Part shown: one piece after another, positions 58,851-64,000 of the stretch
How positions within the stretch are numbered: the first letter of the stretch is position 1
Layout of the letters: each line of letters starts with the position of its first letter
DNA from: Candidatus Binatia bacterium
GTDB taxonomy: Bacteria > Desulfobacterota > Binatia > Bin18
Direction of reading: 5' to 3'
Assembly: GCA_963664395.2 (NCBI GenBank)
Contig: OY761159.2
Coordinates: 256,001 to 320,000, forward strand
DNA: 64,000 nucleotides
The notes under the pieces: model-generated
What the model saw: only the letters and a program-made list of their open reading frames with translations
What the model was told of the DNA's origin: nothing
Database searches by the model: none
Position numbers and translations under genes: made by a program

Positions 58851-59315
58851 ATGGCAATGGCAGAGAATAATGTCGCGAATATGATGACGGATGCCATGAA
58901 GGTATATAAGACCATGTTCTTCGACCTCCCCGTGGCTGGCGTGCGGCAGAGCTTGGGCCTGACAGGTGATAAGGAAACAACGACAAGCGCCTGGAGTGGC
59001 TATGACGCCCTGGTCCAGATGACCTCTCGGGGCATCCATAGCCTGTATCGCACCCCACAGTTCGCAGAGGTAACAGCGCGTTCACTGGATGGGTTTTTGC
59101 GCTGGCAGCAGGTCGGCAATGCATTGACCAAGACCATTCTGACTGGATTGACCCAAGCAGCGGGACTGCCGTCAGCAAACGAAACCAAGGCACTCCAAGC
59201 CGAAATTCGCGCCCTCAGAGAAGAAGTGACTGCCCTCCGGGGAGGGGCAGAACTCAGAGCGGTAGCTCCAAAGGTTGAGCAACCAGCGGCTGCTCTCAAA
59301 CGCGTAGCCGCGTAG
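58851..59315 (+). CDS. PhaE/phasin-like helical protein
   Basis: AAGGAG RBS; TPQFAE..GLPSANETKALQAEIRALREEV coiled-coil end. Confidence 0.55.
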   Translation: MAMAENNVANMMTDAMKVYKTMFFDLPVAGVRQSLGLTGDKETTTSAWSGYDALVQMTSRGIHSLYRTPQFAEVTARSLDGFLRWQQVGNALTKTILTGLTQAAGLPSANETKALQAEIRALREEVTALRGGAELRAVAPKVEQPAAALKRVAA

Positions 59316-59366
59316 TTCGGCCCCGTTCGATTTATTCGTCCTCCTTCGCTCGCTGGAATAACAAGG

Positions 59367-59393
59367 AAGAGGGACCGCGGTCCCTCTTTTTTT
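59367..59393 (+). terminator. Rho-independent terminator
   Basis: GAGGGAC/GTCCCTC stem plus T7. Confidence 0.75.
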
Positions 59394-59422
59394 CTGCTCG
59401 CATATCCTTTAACAAGTCAGAT

Positions 59423-60892
59423 ATGGCTCAAAACAGGACGCAAAGACGTTTAACGCAGACTGAGGCAGCATTTCTCTACAGAGAGAAACCACACACCCCC
59501 ATGCATATTGGGGGCTGTAGTCTGTATGCCGGCCATCTTTCAAAAGATGAGCTGTGTTCATTAATTGAAAGTCGTTTCGACCGCCTGCCCCAGTATCGTC
59601 AGAAGGCTGTTTTCGCTCCTCTGAACATTGCCCATCCGACCTGGGAGGATGATCCGGATTTCGATCTTGACTATCATATAGACGAAGTCACCCTCCCTCC
59701 GCCCGCCGACGATCGGGTGATTTCTCAGGTATGCAGTCAACTGTTTACCGCTCCATTAGACCGAAACCGGCCCTTGTGGAAACTGACCCTCATCCACGGC
59801 CGTCCGGATGACGACACCATGGTCCTGGCTCGCGTCCACCAAGCGATGCTGGAAGGCGTCTCCGGCATTGATCTGATGCTCGTCTTGCATGACCTTAAAC
59901 CAGAGAGTACTCACAACTCACCAGCACCCAATTCGTGGGAACCTGAAGCCATTCCCGATGCTGTGACGCTTATGCAGGAAGCCATTCGAGACCGGATGAC
60001 TGATATTGTGCAGTGGTGGGCTGATCATAGTTTTCAGGTCCTCCGCTCCCCGCTCCAAGGCTCGCGTTCAATGCGGCTGGGCAACGCGGTTATGAATGTT
60101 ATTCCCACTCTCATGCAACCTGTGCCGCGCACCCCATTCAATGCCAAGCTATCAGGCCAGCGTCAGTTGACTTGGCTCGAATTCTCTTTTGCTGAAACAC
60201 GCTTCATTCGCTCGGTTCTGAGAGGGACAGTAAACGATGTTGTGCTTGCTATTATTGCCGGAGGTATTGGACGCTATTTGCGAGCCAAGGGACACAACAC
60301 AGACGGTCTGGAACTCCGCGTTGCTTCTCCCGTCAACCTCAAACGACACGAACCACGCAACAGACGCGGAGGGCCATCCACAGACCGGACTTCAACCATG
60401 TTAATCCCGCTGTATGTAGGCATTACCGACCCGATTTTGCGGCTATCCGCACAAAAGGCAACGGTCGAGGAACTACACGAGCAGGACCAGGCCGGAACCT
60501 TCCATACGGTAAAGTCTTTGGCGATATGTATCCCGCCAGCGTGGCAGGCGCTCGCCGGCCAAGCGCCGTCGATGAGTGCGCTGGCGAATACTGTTGTCAT
60601 GAATATTCCCGGTCCACAGGTCCCGCTGTACCTGGCCGGGCATAAACGACATGCGTTTTTTCCTATGGGTCCTTTAGCGGCGCAAGTCGGACTGTTCCAT
60701 GCTGTTGCCAGCTATAATAAGAAGCTCTCGATTGGCATCACCCTTGACCCACAACTCATGCCGGATGGGTGGCAGTATGCCGACTGCCTGAGGGAGTCCT
60801 TCCTTGAATTGCGGGAAGCGGCTGAGCAGTTTTCAAAGCGGTCGGCCAATGCCGACACACGCCCAGCCGATACGCGTACCAGCACAGCCTAA
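59423..60892 (+). CDS. Wax ester synthase/DGAT family acyltransferase
   Basis: PMHIG, WEDDPDFDLDYH, LDRNRPLW, TVNDV, NIPGP. Confidence 0.9.
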   Translation: MAQNRTQRRLTQTEAAFLYREKPHTPMHIGGCSLYAGHLSKDELCSLIESRFDRLPQYRQKAVFAPLNIAHPTWEDDPDFDLDYHIDEVTLPPPADDRVISQVCSQLFTAPLDRNRPLWKLTLIHGRPDDDTMVLARVHQAMLEGVSGIDLMLVLHDLKPESTHNSPAPNSWEPEAIPDAVTLMQEAIRDRMTDIVQWWADHSFQVLRSPLQGSRSMRLGNAVMNVIPTLMQPVPRTPFNAKLSGQRQLTWLEFSFAETRFIRSVLRGTVNDVVLAIIAGGIGRYLRAKGHNTDGLELRVASPVNLKRHEPRNRRGGPSTDRTSTMLIPLYVGITDPILRLSAQKATVEELHEQDQAGTFHTVKSLAICIPPAWQALAGQAPSMSALANTVVMNIPGPQVPLYLAGHKRHAFFPMGPLAAQVGLFHAVASYNKKLSIGITLDPQLMPDGWQYADCLRESFLELREAAEQFSKRSANADTRPADTRTSTA

Positions 60893-60922
60893 ACGCGTCG
60901 TTCTCTCCACTCGACAGAGCGC

Positions 60923-61525
60923 CTACGCTGAATGAACGTGGCCGGATAGGCCCGTCATGTCGTAGGCCATAATAATAAGGTCTCGAGTCTGTCCAGAACG
61001 GTCAATGACAAAATCCGGCAAGAGCGCCTCAGTTTGGAATCCGAGGCGTAGGAACATCGCGCGTGCCCCTGGTTGGTCCGGCATCATCTGAGCAACCACT
61101 TTGCTCAGTTCTAAATCATGCGCAATGGCAATAATCTCCTCTGCCAACGTCCGACCTAATCCGTGAGAACGGTACTCCGGGGCGAGCAAGAGACGGATTT
61201 CTCCAAGATGACGCTGCCACGTCACCCCATTATGGTGCAGAATGGCATAACCAGCCATCTCCTCCCCGTCTTCAGCAATGAGAGTAACCGTCTTGCGGGC
61301 TTCAAGATTGCGCACCCATTGCTTCACGACTTCAGGGTCCGTGATGTCAATCCGCAAATGCAGGAGATCGTCTGCGGGTAAGCTATGCGCAAAACTGACA
61401 ATGCGATCAGCATCAAAGGATGTCATTAAGCGTAAAGTCACACTCAACCCATCACGGAGAGTAATCGTATGAGGATAAGGACGTTCGATGTGCATCCGTG
61501 CTTCAGCCATATACTTCTCCTTCAA
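60923..61525 (-). CDS. GNAT-family N-acetyltransferase
   Basis: ITLRDG, PEYRSHGLG, LGF. Confidence 0.85.
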   Translation of the reverse strand: MKEKYMAEARMHIERPYPHTITLRDGLSVTLRLMTSFDADRIVSFAHSLPADDLLHLRIDITDPEVVKQWVRNLEARKTVTLIAEDGEEMAGYAILHHNGVTWQRHLGEIRLLLAPEYRSHGLGRTLAEEIIAIAHDLELSKVVAQMMPDQPGARAMFLRLGFQTEALLPDFVIDRSGQTRDLIIMAYDMTGLSGHVHSA

Positions 61526-61750
61526 GCCGCCTGGATGATTCCCATCAGCACTATTGTTGCTAACAAGAGTGAGCGGAGGACGTTAGCAGATATCAGTTCA
61601 GGAGCCAATCAGGCCAAAAGAATCCCACCCAAGAATTCCGGGTGATGACCCTCGGCTTTCTTTCCCTTGCGCTTTTTGCTACGCTTGCAAGAGTTATCAC
61701 CTATTGCAAGCAAACGTTTGGCCGATACTTTTTAGAGAGAGCGTGTAGGG

Positions 61751-62590
61751 ATGGCACCGGACAATCCCCTTTCTTCCCCGTATACTGAACTGAAGGACAC
61801 GGAGCGTTTTAGTACGCTCTTCTGGCAATTAACCGCTGCCTATCCAGACTCATATCGCCAACTGTGCGCTCTTCTCCGAGACGACATCTACCGCCATCCA
61901 CCGGGCCCTAAGGCGTCAGGGGAGCCCGTTCTTCTTATTCCCGGATTTCTTGCCGGTGACTGGACCTTACAGTTATTAGCTGGGTGGCTGCGCCGAATGG
62001 GGTATAATCCCTATTTCTCCGGGCTGGACTGGAATGTCGATTGTCCGAACCGAACAGGCCATTTGCTACGCTGGCGGCTGAACCAGATCATTCGGGAGAC
62101 GGGCTATCCTCTCATTGTTTTTGGCCACAGTCTCGGCGGCATGCTCGCCCGTTTTTTGGGTACAAATTTCCCCGACCAAGTCCGCCATGTTGTCACTATG
62201 GGTTCTCCCATTCAACGAACAGAAAATGTGAGCCCGTTGGTTTTGTTTGCCTCACGCGTACTGCAACCCTTGCGGCGCTGGCGCGGAGAACTTCCCTCCG
62301 AGTGCGGAACGCTCCACTGCAACTGCCACTTTAACCGCAGCGTTATTTCACCCATGCCTGAAGAAGTCGGATTTACCTCAATCTTCTCCAAGCAGGACGA
62401 AGTCGTGGAGTGGAACGCCAGTATCGACCCTCAGCGCGAAAACCGGGAAGTAGCTGGACGCCATATTGGTCTGATCGTGAACTCGCAGGTCTACCGCATC
62501 CTGGCGGACGTTCTCTCTCGCCTACACAAGCAAGAACGGGAACCCCATCTGACAGTTGCCTTGTCCTCGCCAGACAACACCCAGGCCTGA
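61751..62590 (+). CDS. Alpha/beta-fold lipase/esterase
   Basis: LIPGFLA, GHSLGG, DEVV, HIGL. Confidence 0.88.
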   Translation: MAPDNPLSSPYTELKDTERFSTLFWQLTAAYPDSYRQLCALLRDDIYRHPPGPKASGEPVLLIPGFLAGDWTLQLLAGWLRRMGYNPYFSGLDWNVDCPNRTGHLLRWRLNQIIRETGYPLIVFGHSLGGMLARFLGTNFPDQVRHVVTMGSPIQRTENVSPLVLFASRVLQPLRRWRGELPSECGTLHCNCHFNRSVISPMPEEVGFTSIFSKQDEVVEWNASIDPQRENREVAGRHIGLIVNSQVYRILADVLSRLHKQEREPHLTVALSSPDNTQA

Positions 62591-62662
62591 AAAACGAATG
62601 GGCAGTACGAAGGGGGGTACGAGCGACGGCTGTTACACGAAAAACGATTTGTCAGAGTAGCG

Positions 62663-63100
62663 TTACTCAGGCGATGACGTCATGAACCCTTTTGCCAAGT
62701 CGTTCGTCCCTTCAACTTTCTTCTTATAAATATCAGCCTCCCAGAGCGCGTCGTGGGTCCCATCCTTATCCGTGTACGTAAAGCGAACCCACCGACCTCC
62801 CGGAGCCTCGAAGATATTGAAATATTGACTGAGTTCTTCGTTGATCCGGTCTGACTGAGAGAGCAACCCGGCCTCCCACGGACCCATGGTCCACGGGTTC
62901 CCGGCACGGCCTGCAATAGTCCGCCCTTTCTCTACGTTCGAAATAATACTGAACCCGTCTTCAGTCGCATGCCCTTTGACGATCTGAATCGCCAATTCCT
63001 CCTTCTGTCCCATGGGTCGCTCGCCACATGCCCAGATAAAAAGACAACTGACCATGACCAGGCAAGAAAATAGCTTCTGATACGCGTATACTTTTCGCAT
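62663..63100 (-). CDS. Putative lipoprotein
   Basis: GGAGGAG RBS; hydrophobic stretch ending IWAC. Confidence 0.7.
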   Translation of the reverse strand: MRKVYAYQKLFSCLVMVSCLFIWACGERPMGQKEELAIQIVKGHATEDGFSIISNVEKGRTIAGRAGNPWTMGPWEAGLLSQSDRINEELSQYFNIFEAPGGRWVRFTYTDKDGTHDALWEADIYKKKVEGTNDLAKGFMTSSPE

Positions 63101-63356
63101 CCGCTCTCCTCCATCGCAGAATAGCGGGCTCGTCGTCCCGCTGCACATTTTCTATAGGATGGGCATATTACAATGAAAAGCCGACTGGGTCTACGGGACG
63201 CACTCCCTCTCAGCGGAATATGGAGTGAAAATAGGGGCACCTTGCTTTATTGTCACCTAGGTGACAATAAAGGGGACGTGAATGAAAACAGTAATATCCT
63301 CGGGCAGTTAAGCATCAATCTGCTCCGTCCTATGCCCGACCTATGGCAGAGCGCGT

Positions 63357-64000
63357 ATGGCACGTACACCTGTCCTTAATGTCACAACGATCCGGCGGCT
63401 GAAAGCCTTTCCCTGGGCCTCAGACCAACAGGTTGAGCGGCTGCTGAGTCAGATGGCTCTGCATCACATCGAAAAACGCACCGTCTTGTTTAACGAGGGA
63501 GTTCCCTCAGATTCGGTGTATTTTCTGATTTCCGGCGTTGTCAAACTATCCTTGCGCAGTCCGGATGAAGAGCGTGTTCTGGTCAGTCTCATCTCGCCTG
63601 GGGAGTTATTTGGTATTACCTCCTTGATGCCAGGTATGTACCGCGCCTTTCGCTCAGAAGCGTTTAGCGATTGCTGGGTAAGTTCAGTCCGCCCGGACAT
63701 TTTTGTGACGACGCTGCTTGACGTTCCATTTGTGGATTTTAGCGCCATGATGGAAGGAACCGTAGGCCGTTGGTTTGCTCTCCTCTACCGTTATACGCAT
63801 TTTCAGGGATCTAGCCTGAGACAAAAACTTGCCTTGGCGCTGCTCGAACTGGCGCAAAAATTCGGTATTCAGGATGCCCGTGGGACCATGCTGATCTTAC
63901 AGCTCACCCATGAAGATTTAGCTGATCTTGTGGGCGCGTCACGCCAGAAAGTGACAGAGCATATGCAGGAGCTGGCACGCCAGCAGGTGTTACTCCGGGA
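63357..64000 (+). CDS. Crp/Fnr-family regulator (runs off the window end; not in the ORF track)
   Basis: Hand translation: LFNEG..DSVYFLISGVVKL..PGELFG..LTHEDLADLVGASRQKVT. Confidence 0.9.
   Translation, partial: MARTPVLNVTTIRRLKAFPWASDQQVERLLSQMALHHIEKRTVLFNEGVPSDSVYFLISGVVKLSLRSPDEERVLVSLISPGELFGITSLMPGMYRAFRSEAFSDCWVSSVRPDIFVTTLLDVPFVDFSAMMEGTVGRWFALLYRYTHFQGSSLRQKLALALLELAQKFGIQDARGTMLILQLTHEDLADLVGASRQKVTEHMQELARQQVLLR

Overview
A GC-rich bacterial chromosome segment. Gene content suggests a deltaproteobacterial/Binatia-like organism, possibly host-associated; this is inference only. The core backbone is prfA(3' end)-prmC-murA-hisD-hisB, then hisH, hisA and hisF scattered by insertions, moaC-rlmI and bioF-bioA-bioD-bioB. 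It also holds four intact LLM-class oxidoreductases, a two-HyuA/one-HyuB hydantoinase-family cluster and a lipid-storage-like region (acyl-ACP desaturase, PhaE-like, WS/DGAT, lipases). Two accessory regions stand out. (1) 7.5-13 kb: a PAS-LuxR regulator and two secreted proteins that share a ~135-aa C-terminal domain. Both transcription units carry the same promoter, IHF-like site and palindromic box. (2) 35.7-41.1 kb: a ~4.7-kb cassette bounded by a ~330-bp direct repeat. It contains an AT-richer, apparently autoregulated operon (HTH, DUF4258-like, YaaW-like, uncharacterised helical protein, DUF4062) plus BrnT and an Rx4H HEPN-like protein, and is a candidate undescribed defence/stress system. 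Short perfect tandem duplications, deletion-type gene fusions and several REP/MITE-like families recur across the window. No rRNA, tRNA, CRISPR array, integrase or transposase was seen. All family calls come from motif recognition, not database searches.
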